From an uncultured virus (IMG/VR IMGVR_UViG_3300028027_000046) (lineage: Duplodnaviria > Heunggongvirae > Uroviricota > Caudoviricetes): a DNA stretch of 64,000 nucleotides. The translations under genes and the position numbers were made by a program. The stretch is taken from IMG/VR virus record IMGVR_UViG_3300028027_000046; one strand, 5' to 3'. A model generated the notes under the pieces. That model searched no databases. It worked only from the letters and a program-made list of their open reading frames with translations, and had not been told where the DNA came from. Of this stretch, positions 9,759 to 18,215 are shown piece by piece (position 1 is the first letter of the stretch; the number at the start of each line of letters is the position of its first letter).

Positions 9759-9851
9759 ATGAAAGATTCAATATATGGTTTAGCAGTAGGATTAGGATTA
9801 TATGTTATTGCTTTACATTTAATAGTTTTAATACTTAAAATAGTAGGATAA
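9759..9851 (+). CDS. 30-aa single-TM microprotein
   Basis: MKDSIYGLAVGLGLYVIALHLIVLILKIVG; own promoter 9724. Confidence 0.6.
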   Translation: MKDSIYGLAVGLGLYVIALHLIVLILKIVG

Positions 9852-9904
9852 AAATAATTAAAATATAGTTCGTATATTCCAGTATAATTAAAAAAATAAA
9901 GGTT

Positions 9905-10318
9905 ATGACAATTTACGGTGGAAATTTTAGAGAAAGTTATCAACACAACATCCCAACTGAAACAATAGGTAATGTTGATAAATTAAAACAATTACTCCCT
10001 CACACAATTAATTCTAGAGGGAAATTTAATGATAAAATCATCCAACATTTAGAATGGACTAAACAACATCAATATAATAATACATTTGTCCATTACCAAT
10101 ATCATATTGTAATGTTTGAAGGAGTAAAATACTTCATCCATCAACAACAATATTATAATCATAATTATTCAGATTATAGAAGTCCAGGGTTTACTGTTTT
10201 AAATGTAAGAGAAAATTATGGAAGTGAAAATGAAATTCATTTAGGGACATACATTGTTGAAACAAAAGCATTTTTAGATGATTTAAAACAATTACAAGTG
10301 TTGGACAGAGCAAGTTAA
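9905..10318 (+). CDS. early hypothetical protein
   Basis: promoter 9869. Confidence 0.75.
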   Translation: MTIYGGNFRESYQHNIPTETIGNVDKLKQLLPHTINSRGKFNDKIIQHLEWTKQHQYNNTFVHYQYHIVMFEGVKYFIHQQQYYNHNYSDYRSPGFTVLNVRENYGSENEIHLGTYIVETKAFLDDLKQLQVLDRAS

Positions 10319-10383
10319 AATATAATTCGTATATTCCAGTATAAATAAGAAAAGCAATATTAATAATTTAAAAATTTAAAGTT

Positions 10384-10812
10384 ATGGAAAGGTTAGGTTT
10401 AATTAAAAATTGTTTTAATGATGTTAAGGAAGAAATTAATGAATTAATTAAAGAAAATGGTAATGAAATGTATGAGGGGGTATTTGATGTAATTAATGAA
10501 TTAGAAAATGATGATGAATATTGGATTGAACTTATTAATGATTTAGTAGAAGACGAAGAAGATTTTATTGAGGGGACATTAAAGGATTGTGTTGATAGAG
10601 AATTAATGGAACGATTTGGGGAACAATTTAAAAATAATTTAATTAAATTAGGTTATAAATTTGATTATGATGAATATGTGTGGGATCTAACAGATAAATA
10701 TGATAAGAAAAATTTAACTTGTTATGGGGTAATTTGGGATTATTGGTATGATTTAGATACATGTATAAGGGAGAGTGTTGGAGATATATTTGAAAGTAAA
10801 CTAGAGGAATAA
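10384..10812 (+). CDS. very acidic early protein
   Basis: D/E-rich; promoter 10326. Confidence 0.75.
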   Translation: MERLGLIKNCFNDVKEEINELIKENGNEMYEGVFDVINELENDDEYWIELINDLVEDEEDFIEGTLKDCVDRELMERFGEQFKNNLIKLGYKFDYDEYVWDLTDKYDKKNLTCYGVIWDYWYDLDTCIRESVGDIFESKLEE

Positions 10813-10877
10813 AATGTTATAAATACAATTCGTATATTCCAGTATAAATAAAGATAATTAATTTAAAATTAAAGGTT

Positions 10878-11072
10878 ATGAAAAACGAAAAAACATTACG
10901 CAAAGAACAATTAGTAAAAGATTTATACTGGATTGAGAAAAAGAATAAGCATAACAAAGTGTGGGACAATAATGTTAAAATAGCATTTGAAGTGAGCTCA
11001 AGTTATTCATTTGAAGAGTTAGTAATTAAAAATACTCCAGCAGCGGAACAATTAGTAGTATTGTTCAAGTAG
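10878..11072 (+). CDS. early hypothetical protein
   Basis: promoter 10829. Confidence 0.7.
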   Translation: MKNEKTLRKEQLVKDLYWIEKKNKHNKVWDNNVKIAFEVSSSYSFEELVIKNTPAAEQLVVLFK

Positions 11073-11143
11073 GACGTAAAGATATAAAATTAAATTCGTA
11101 TATTTCAGCATATTAAAAAAATATAAATTAAAAAATAAAGGTT

Positions 11144-11539
11144 ATGAAAAAGCAAGCAACATTAGAAGTGACAGTTGAGAAAAAATCATTCAAAGGTATT
11201 AAAACTGGTAGAAAACCAAACCCTGAATCAAATCGTCAAAAACGTTTAGCTGAATTAAATGCTAAAATAGAGGCAGGTGTTACAATATCTAGAGGTAGAC
11301 CTGTTTCAGAGGACAGTGTTCGTCAGTTAAAATTGAAAGAGTTAGAGGCTAAACGTGCTAGTGGTGAGTTGAAATTGGGCAGGAGAGTAGATACATCCAG
11401 TGCTCGACAATTACGTTTAAAAGATTTAGAAGCAAGACGTGCAAGTGGAGAGTTGAAACGTGGGCGTCCATCTAAATCAAAAGATGTAGTTAATGATGTT
11501 AATTTAATTGATATGTTAAAAAATATGGAGGTCAAATGA
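11144..11539 (+). CDS. basic repeat protein with AT-hook-like GRP motifs (putative DNA-binding)
   Basis: about 3.5 repeats of ~28 aa: GRxxxxxSxRQxxLxxLxA. Confidence 0.75.
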   Translation: MKKQATLEVTVEKKSFKGIKTGRKPNPESNRQKRLAELNAKIEAGVTISRGRPVSEDSVRQLKLKELEAKRASGELKLGRRVDTSSARQLRLKDLEARRASGELKRGRPSKSKDVVNDVNLIDMLKNMEVK

Positions 11540-11831
11540 TCTCCATTTTTATTTCGTATATTCCAGTATAATTTAAACACGTAAAATCAATTCATATGAG
11601 CGCGTATCAATTCATCGAATTAAATAGTCAATACATACAGAACATAGACGGTTGCTTAACTGAATCCGCAAACATAACATTACTGGATATAAATGGTAAA
11701 ATGGTATTTTATTATTTTGAAAGTGGTGAATTAATAAATAGTAAAATGGGACACTAATTAGTTAGAGTTAATTCGTATATTTAAGTATAAGAAAGATAAA
11801 TATTAATTAATTAAATTAAAAACTAAAAGTT

Positions 11832-12068
11832 ATGAAGGACTTAAAATTAAAATTAGAAACAATTTTCGGAGAGGCAGTAGAAATTATTATTAGAAAAATA
11901 GAAGATGATTTCGACGGAGGAACAGAGTTAGTAATTAATAATTCTATCTTTATAACTGGGGAAGAGGATGAGTTTGAAGTATTTCATGAGGAGGACGATT
12001 TAAATTATTTTAATAAAGAATCTAAATTAATAGATTATATTAAAGAAAAATTAGAAGAGGCAATATAG
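11832..12068 (+). CDS. acidic early protein
   Basis: promoter 11772; followed by AGAGGC-AATATA-GCCTCT-TTT hairpin. Confidence 0.7.
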   Translation: MKDLKLKLETIFGEAVEIIIRKIEDDFDGGTELVINNSIFITGEEDEFEVFHEEDDLNYFNKESKLIDYIKEKLEEAI

Positions 12069-12153
12069 CCTCTTTTATATTTTAATAGAGTTAAGGACAT
12101 AAAGTAATAAAATTAAATTCGTATATTCCAGTATAATTAAAAAATTAAAAGTT

Positions 12154-12237
12154 ATGTTAGGTTCAGTTATTTATTTAGTAGTGTTAGTAGGGGTTTTAAG
12201 TGTAGTTAAATATTTTATATTTAAATTCTTAGATTAA
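12154..12237 (+). CDS. 27-aa single-TM microprotein
   Basis: MLGSVIYLVVLVGVLSVVKYFIFKFLD; own promoter 12118. Confidence 0.6.
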   Translation: MLGSVIYLVVLVGVLSVVKYFIFKFLD

Positions 12238-12318
12238 GGATAAAAATATTATATAGTTAATTCGTATATTTAAGTATAATAAGAAAATAAATATTAATTA
12301 AATTAAAAATTAAAGGTT

Positions 12319-12513
12319 ATGACAGTAAATGAGTTAATTAAATTATTAGAAAAAGTTAAGGATAAAGAAGTTGAAGTAATAATCCAAGGGATAGACCCTA
12401 CAGAATATGTTTATTATAATAACATTGAGAATTTAGGAATAGAAAAAGTATATTTAAGTGAGGACGATGATAAAAAAACTAAAGTGTTTATTATTGATGG
12501 GGGTGAATTTTAA
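12319..12513 (+). CDS. small phage protein (MTVNELIKLLE...)
   Basis: promoter 12261; common phage N-terminal pattern. Confidence 0.75.
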   Translation: MTVNELIKLLEKVKDKEVEVIIQGIDPTEYVYYNNIENLGIEKVYLSEDDDKKTKVFIIDGGEF

Positions 12514-12605
12514 TTTAAAAATATAATAATTAAAGGATTAAAATTAATAAAATTTAATTCGTATATTCAAGTATAAATAAGTTAAATAATTTAAAAATTA
12601 AAGTT

Positions 12606-12812
12606 ATGAAAAAGTTAGAAAAATTTATTAAATCAAATTTAAATGTATTTAATAATTTAGATGATAGTGAAGTAATTGAATATAGTGTAAATGATTTTGA
12701 TGATAAAATTATAGGTTATTTATTTAAACATGAAAGATTTGATTATAAAGATATATGTGTTTATCTAGTTAAAGATAAAAATGAAATATGGGTTGAAAAT
12801 ATGATGAGTTAA
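12606..12812 (+). CDS. early hypothetical protein
   Basis: promoter 12558. Confidence 0.7.
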   Translation: MKKLEKFIKSNLNVFNNLDDSEVIEYSVNDFDDKIIGYLFKHERFDYKDICVYLVKDKNEIWVENMMS

Positions 12813-12869
12813 AGGAATAAAATTAATAAAATTTAATTCGTATATTCAAGTATAAATAAGTTAAAACAT

Positions 12870-13073
12870 ATGGTTATGAAAGAGTTAAGTAAAACATTGT
12901 TCGATTTTGAATGTGAGATTAGTGGAGAAGATTTTGCACTGGAATGTAAAGATGATTTTAATGATATTAAAACATTAAAAGATGTGAAAGAATATTACTT
13001 AGTTGAACGTGGTTGGGATGGTGATGATAGTTTAGAAGATTTATTAATGGATTTTATTATAAGTTTAAAATAA
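12870..13073 (+). CDS. acidic early protein
   Basis: promoter 12837. Confidence 0.7.
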   Translation: MVMKELSKTLFDFECEISGEDFALECKDDFNDIKTLKDVKEYYLVERGWDGDDSLEDLLMDFIISLK

Positions 13074-13078
13074 AGGTT

Positions 13079-13330
13079 ATGAAAAAGTTAAGCGCAATCG
13101 AGAAATTAGAAGCAGTTAAATTAATAATGGAAACACTGGGTTATGAATTTGATAATATGACTGTAAATGAAGCATTTAGTATGTTTAATGTTATTAATGA
13201 TGCTGTTAAACCTAAACCAAAAAAAATCGAATGTGGCGAATGTGATGGTTGTGGAGAAATAATGTGGGGTGGAGGTGACTGGATGGAATGTACCCTATGT
13301 GAAGGCGCCGGAGAGATAATAGCGAAATAA
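13079..13330 (+). CDS. protein with DnaJ-type CxxCxGxG zinc finger
   Basis: CGECDGCG...CTLCEGAG. Confidence 0.75.
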   Translation: MKKLSAIEKLEAVKLIMETLGYEFDNMTVNEAFSMFNVINDAVKPKPKKIECGECDGCGEIMWGGGDWMECTLCEGAGEIIAK

Positions 13331-13608
13331 AATAATATAAACCCAGTACCTATGAAAATATAGCTCCCTTATCTCGTACCGCCGGCGTACTGGATGTGGT
13401 ATACGGTATGGTATATATATGGTATATCGCGTTATATCCCACGCGCGCAGGTGTCAATACGGCGCGGGGGTGGTGTGGGGCGTGAATTAGACGCCTTTAT
13501 AAATCGCAAACGATCCTTACCCATCGACATTGTATATCCTTATATATACAACATATTATCATTATCCATTTATACCCGATATTTCCGTACCACCCGGATA
13601 ACGAATAC

Positions 13609-13931
13609 ATCCCTTATCCCCTAATTTTATCATTATTTTTAACCCCAATTTAAATATACGGTTAATACTTCCACCCTCCAAATATTTTTTTCCGAAATAC
13701 CCATTTTGATGTAATATTACGAAATTTCAATCTCTTTTCTTTACAATTTTTTATTACGTCGACAAGATATATATTGATATAAATTATGGTTCCCCACCCC
13801 ATGTTATATCCAGTCACCCAACCTATATTCTCATCCGTTCCTATCACCCGTTTCCCATCCCTTATCCCCTATCTTTATTCCTATTTTCTCTCCCCAGTTT
13901 AAATATACAATACAAAATATAATACTCCAAG
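13609..13931 (-). promoter_or_regulatory. two minus-strand TTG-N20-TATATTTA promoters in an imperfect direct repeat
   Basis: reverse complements read TTG-gagggtggaagtattaaccg-TATATTTA and TTG-gagtattatattttgtattg-TATATTTA; both are followed by AGGGGATAAGGGATG. Confidence 0.65.
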
Positions 13932-14301
13932 TCTTCTTTTCCCTTTCCATATTTATACCCGAACAAAAACATTTTATTGTTTCCTTTAATAGTTCTTTTT
14001 AATTGTGATTATAAATTTAAAAAACAATTAAATGACAACCAAACTAAAAACCTTATTTTACTTTATGGTGTTAATCCATATTTTACAATATTGTGAAAGT
14101 AAACCATCCCAATTACCCCCTAACCCCACTAAAACATACTACCCAGATACCCTAAATCGTAAGGCTGGTAAAGTATATACTATTAGATATTTATAACCAT
14201 GATAAACATACTAAAATCCATTTTAATAATACTAGGTGGGGTAATTTCCCTATCATTATCCCCAGTATTATTAATACAAGAAATACTTAAAAAATAAATC
14301 C

Positions 14302-14652
14302 ATGACTAGTTATACTTCAGATCAACTAAATGGCAGTGGAAGTTACGCGCCTAATTTAACGAAAAATACCACTTACACATTCGTTATCGCAAATCCCATT
14401 TTCTTCACTTATCTCACGTTAGAATCGCCTAGAAACGCGAATGGGTATTATGATGAAACATCCAAAAAATCCATCTCCGGTTCATTTTCGAATTTCACCA
14501 ATGTAGTTAATGGTGTTTCTTCATCATTTTACCAAGCTGCTTTTTATTTAAATTCGGGTTCGAATTCATTTAAATTTACCCCTGCTGTTAATATATCCGG
14601 AGATGAATTAAACATACGAGGTACTGGTGGAATTACATTAACCATTAGTTAA
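14302..14652 (+). CDS. beta-rich S/G/T-rich putative virion protein
   Basis: composition resembles the structural genes. Confidence 0.6.
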   Translation: MTSYTSDQLNGSGSYAPNLTKNTTYTFVIANPIFFTYLTLESPRNANGYYDETSKKSISGSFSNFTNVVNGVSSSFYQAAFYLNSGSNSFKFTPAVNISGDELNIRGTGGITLTIS

Positions 14653-14711
14653 ATTTTATTTGGATTTTGGGGAGTAAATGTGTATATTTAAGTATATAAA
14701 TAATAAATATT

Positions 14712-14948
14712 ATGGATAAAATATATCAAAAAGGCAAGACGTTTACAACCCCGGACGGAACCATTGTTACCATGTTTGATGGTAAACTTCACAATTGGGA
14801 AGGACCAGCATTAATTCCACAAGGTGATGAAAAATTGGCTGAATATTACATTAATGGGGTTAAAATGACCCATCAAGATTGGAAAAAAGCGTTACGCGGG
14901 CGTGAAGGTTTACCTTGGTATAAAGGTGGAGCTACTGTTCGGTTCTAA
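14712..14948 (+). CDS. hypothetical protein with LHxxxGPA (MORN-like) repeat
   Basis: DGKLHNWEGPALI...EYYING. Confidence 0.7.
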   Translation: MDKIYQKGKTFTTPDGTIVTMFDGKLHNWEGPALIPQGDEKLAEYYINGVKMTHQDWKKALRGREGLPWYKGGATVRF

Positions 14949-14971
14949 AAATTTAATTAAAAATAAAGGTT

Positions 14972-15424
14972 ATGCGACATATTACAACAGAACAAGCTAG
15001 TAAATTTATATCCATTGAGGAAGATGGATATGCACATATGGAACCACACTATTTCACATCAACAGATGACATGGAGGGTTGGTCTAAAATTACCTATTAT
15101 ACTAATAAACCCAAACGTGAGTTTGCTGGGCAACATGGTGAGCAATTTGTTTATGTTTTAACTAACAAATATATGCCCGGTATAGTTAAAATTGGATTTA
15201 CATCACTTAACCCATATGATCGAGCTCATATCATATCCCAACATACTGGAATACCTGATGAATTTAGTATGGATTTTGCTTTTAGATGTGTGGATGGTAA
15301 AAAATTGGAAGGAATGGTACATAAATCACTTCATGAATACCGTATAAAGAAAAGACGTGAGTTTTTCAAAATGGAAGTGGATGATGCTATTAGTACTATT
15401 GTTTCAATTGGTAGTAACTGCTAA
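14972..15424 (+). CDS. T5orf172-domain (GIY-YIG superfamily) protein
   Basis: VYVLTN..MPGIVKIGFT...LE..VH..L..YRI..RREFF. Confidence 0.85.
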   Translation: MRHITTEQASKFISIEEDGYAHMEPHYFTSTDDMEGWSKITYYTNKPKREFAGQHGEQFVYVLTNKYMPGIVKIGFTSLNPYDRAHIISQHTGIPDEFSMDFAFRCVDGKKLEGMVHKSLHEYRIKKRREFFKMEVDDAISTIVSIGSNC

Positions 15425-15435
15425 TATTTATAGTC

Positions 15436-15861
15436 ATGAATTTAGAAGGAATATTTGGTATATTTTCGTTTTTTGATGAAAATGAACCTGACAAAAAAGT
15501 CGAGCAAGAAATTGAAGAATATACTTCAACCCCCCACTATAAAATTAAAATTTTCATTAAATTAATAACTAATGGAAAAGCATTCAAACAACAATTAATC
15601 CAGTTCTTCCAACAATCAAACGAATCACTAGACATGTCCAGTGTTGATTCAGCTGGGGAATTTATGATGTACTCTAGATCTTGGTATTGGATAAATCAGT
15701 GTGATTTAAATGATGATAAATGGCAAGAGTGTTTAAAAAACATACCCCATAAACAATTATTTGAATGTTTAGATTCATGTATCGAGTACTATTTATCTTT
15801 GGAAGAATATGAAAAGTGCGCGTTCCTTAAATCAATTAAGGAATTTTGTGAAAAAGCTTGA
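15436..15861 (+). CDS. hypothetical protein with C-terminal UVR-like helical motif
   Basis: IEYYLSLEEYEKCAFLK. Confidence 0.65.
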   Translation: MNLEGIFGIFSFFDENEPDKKVEQEIEEYTSTPHYKIKIFIKLITNGKAFKQQLIQFFQQSNESLDMSSVDSAGEFMMYSRSWYWINQCDLNDDKWQECLKNIPHKQLFECLDSCIEYYLSLEEYEKCAFLKSIKEFCEKA

Positions 15862-15911
15862 TATTTGAATATCCATTTCGTATATTGCACTTTAATTTAA
15901 AATAATTAGTT

Positions 15912-16685
15912 ATGAATTTATCACCTGAAGAAATAGTACAAAATTGGGAGACGTTATTGGGATATATTGAGAAATATATTGAGTCACCTAGAAAAGAAAA
16001 ATTGGTTGATTTTTACAATAAATTTGCTGAGCGCTTAATGTTAATGCCCGCTGCTCATAAAAAAGAATACCATAATGCATTCCCTGGAGGATATGTAGAA
16101 CATGTAATTAGAGTAATTGATTGTGCCCTAGATCAACATAAATTGTGGGGAAAACATGGTGCTGATGTATCTACATATACTGTTGAAGAATTAGTTTTTT
16201 CTGCCTTAAACCATGATTTAGGTAAATTAGGTGATGAAGATAATGAATCTTATATCCCACAAACCGACCAATGGAGAAAAGACAAATTGGGTGAGGATTA
16301 TATGTTTAATGAAAAATTAGCATTTGCATCTGTACCTGATAGAGGGTTATTTTTACTCCAATCCCACGGCATACAATATTCATTTAATGAAATGATCACA
16401 ATCCAGACTCACGATGGTTTATATGACGAAGGAAATAAAAAATATTTACTTTCATTTACACCAGGCCAAAAACCAAGAACATCATTACCTTACATAGTAC
16501 ATCAAGCTGATTTAATGGCTGCTCGTATTGAATTTGAAAGAGAATGGTTAGGTAAGTTAAAAGAAGGTAACCCAAAATCCACACCTAAAATCACCCCAAC
16601 CAACTCTAAAAAGGACAATGTAAGAAATAAAGCATTAGGTTCGATTAAGAGCGATAATTTAAAAAATTTACTAGATAATTTATAA
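15912..16685 (+). CDS. HD-domain metal-dependent phosphohydrolase
   Basis: YHNAFPGGYVEH...ALNHDLGK...HDG...HQAD. Confidence 0.88.
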   Translation: MNLSPEEIVQNWETLLGYIEKYIESPRKEKLVDFYNKFAERLMLMPAAHKKEYHNAFPGGYVEHVIRVIDCALDQHKLWGKHGADVSTYTVEELVFSALNHDLGKLGDEDNESYIPQTDQWRKDKLGEDYMFNEKLAFASVPDRGLFLLQSHGIQYSFNEMITIQTHDGLYDEGNKKYLLSFTPGQKPRTSLPYIVHQADLMAARIEFEREWLGKLKEGNPKSTPKITPTNSKKDNVRNKALGSIKSDNLKNLLDNL

Positions 16686-16687
16686 TT

Positions 16688-16969
16688 ATGATTTACGTAA
16701 TATTAACATGTGTATTTTCCGTTAGTACATTACTACTAGGTTTCACTACTTGGAACCTTTTAAAGAAACAAGAAAAATCTGAAGACATACTTGCAGGTTA
16801 CTTAGGATATTTAGATAAACTATCTCGTGTAATAGACGCATCTGATGTAAAAATTAAGGAATTAGACCAAATAGGTGCCTTTGCTAATGATGATGAAACG
16901 GGAATAATTTTTGAAGGTATAAAGCAAATACAAGAAATATTAAACGAGTTTTCTATAAAACAACAATAA
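16688..16969 (+). CDS. membrane-anchored hypothetical protein
   Basis: N-terminal TM helix. Confidence 0.65.
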   Translation: MIYVILTCVFSVSTLLLGFTTWNLLKKQEKSEDILAGYLGYLDKLSRVIDASDVKIKELDQIGAFANDDETGIIFEGIKQIQEILNEFSIKQQ

Positions 16970-16977
16970 AAACATTT

Positions 16978-17853
16978 ATGCCTAAAGTAGCCAAAAACAA
17001 AAATTATTTCACCCAGGAAACTGAAGATGCTATTATATTATATAATAAAACAGAAGATTATGCGGTTAGAGATAAGATATACCAAAAATTTATCCACTAT
17101 CCATTCTTCAAATTAACTCAAAATATAATTCATACTTTTAAGTTTTACAATACTGAAGTTGATAATTTAGAACATTTACAACACGAAATTGAAGTATTTC
17201 TTTTGGGTAAATTACATTTATATAACCATAGCCAGAATATACAAGATCGTTTGGTTAAGATTATTACTAAAGAATTTCAAGAAGAATACACGGGTGATTT
17301 TAAAAAATACGTAGGTGATGTAGATAAAATCACTCAACAACAAATTAATGATTTTCTTAGTACATTATCATTGTCTAAAGAATGTATGGAAAAATTATCA
17401 AAAATGACCCCACCAAAAGCGTATTCTTATTTTGGTACTATAGTTAAAAGATGGTGTATTATATATAATAACAAAACATATAATGCAAAAACAAACCAAA
17501 CACCTATAGATGAGTTAAACCAAGACCATAACCCATCATACACCCCAGATATATCCCCATCAGATGACAAGTTATTCATATTTATGGAATCATATATTGA
17601 ATATTTAGATTCAAACATTGAAAAATTATTCAATAAACAACAAGACAGAGAAATAGCTGATTCTATACTAGAATTATTCAGAAAACGAGATCAGATTGAT
17701 ATATTCAATAAAAAAGCCCTTTACATTTACATCCATGAAATGGTTCCTGAAGCAAAAACACCTCGTATTACTAAAATAGCTAATTCATTATATGATATAT
17801 TTAAACGTAATTATGTGTTTTATCTGGAAAATAGTTATATAAAATTTACCTAA
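16978..17853 (+). CDS. phage sigma factor, T4 gp55-like (late transcription)
   Basis: KNYFT...YPFFKLTQNIIHTFKF...KAYSYFGTI, resembling the region-2 AFAYFTQI motif; lies just before the late gene block. Confidence 0.65.
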   Translation: MPKVAKNKNYFTQETEDAIILYNKTEDYAVRDKIYQKFIHYPFFKLTQNIIHTFKFYNTEVDNLEHLQHEIEVFLLGKLHLYNHSQNIQDRLVKIITKEFQEEYTGDFKKYVGDVDKITQQQINDFLSTLSLSKECMEKLSKMTPPKAYSYFGTIVKRWCIIYNNKTYNAKTNQTPIDELNQDHNPSYTPDISPSDDKLFIFMESYIEYLDSNIEKLFNKQQDREIADSILELFRKRDQIDIFNKKALYIYIHEMVPEAKTPRITKIANSLYDIFKRNYVFYLENSYIKFT

Positions 17854-17876
17854 CCCATATTTATACGTAAAAACAC

Positions 17877-18215
17877 ATGGGAAATTTAGATGCTAATATA
17901 TTTGGAAAGAAAAAATTCTCCGATATACTCCAAGAAATATATAATAATCAAAAACAAAAAGCCGTTCAAATATCAGCATTAATAAGTGAATTAAAACCAC
18001 TTATAAATGATATAGGGGATGCTACATTAATAGTTCCATTGATTAAAGAATATATGGAATTAGGCCTTAAAAACGATGAACAATTAATCAAAATGGCTAC
18101 CATCATTCAACGTGCTGTAGGTACTGGTAAATCTGAGGATGAAGGATTTGGTATGACTGAAGATGAAAAAGCACAATTATTAGCCGAAGTAAAAAACTTC
18201 CAACCTAAACAATAA
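17877..18215 (+). CDS. helical protein, possibly small terminase subunit
   Basis: size and helical pattern only; late motif upstream. Confidence 0.3.
   Translation: MGNLDANIFGKKKFSDILQEIYNNQKQKAVQISALISELKPLINDIGDATLIVPLIKEYMELGLKNDEQLIKMATIIQRAVGTGKSEDEGFGMTEDEKAQLLAEVKNFQPKQ

Larger units (their letters stand above)
490..12846 (+). promoter_or_regulatory. Array of 30 early-type promoters, consensus (A)GGAC-N19-TTCGTATATTy(c/a)AGTATA
   Basis: TTCG box starts at 513, 970, 1431, 1719, 2577, 3231, 3573, 3793, 4272, 4523, 4967, 5320, 6059, 6320, 6649, 7055, 7499 (ATCG), 8446, 8737, 9724, 9869, 10326, 10829, 11095, 11553, 11772, 12118, 12261, 12558, 12837. Each has GGAN/GGCC/GGTC (GAAC once) exactly 19 nt upstream and precedes an ORF or RNA. 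Confidence 0.88.

Noticed and set aside
10566..10575. TATTGAGGGG, complementary to the CCCCTCAATA hairpin loop, as an antisense target
   Set aside because: A single 10-nt match in mid-CDS of an early gene; could easily be chance.
490..12846. Repeats as a CRISPR array or integron attC sites
   Set aside because: Units are degenerate, mostly non-palindromic, separated by whole ORFs of variable length and shaped like promoters; no cas or integrase gene is visible.
13394..13847. ORFs 13394-13624 (+) and 13662-13847 (-)
   Set aside because: Atypical composition and no A-rich start context; better explained as non-coding boundary sequence, although short peptides cannot be excluded.
15912..16685. 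HD protein as DatZ of a Z-genome pathway
   Set aside because: No purZ or mazZ in the window, and the motifs fit generic phage HD hydrolases.
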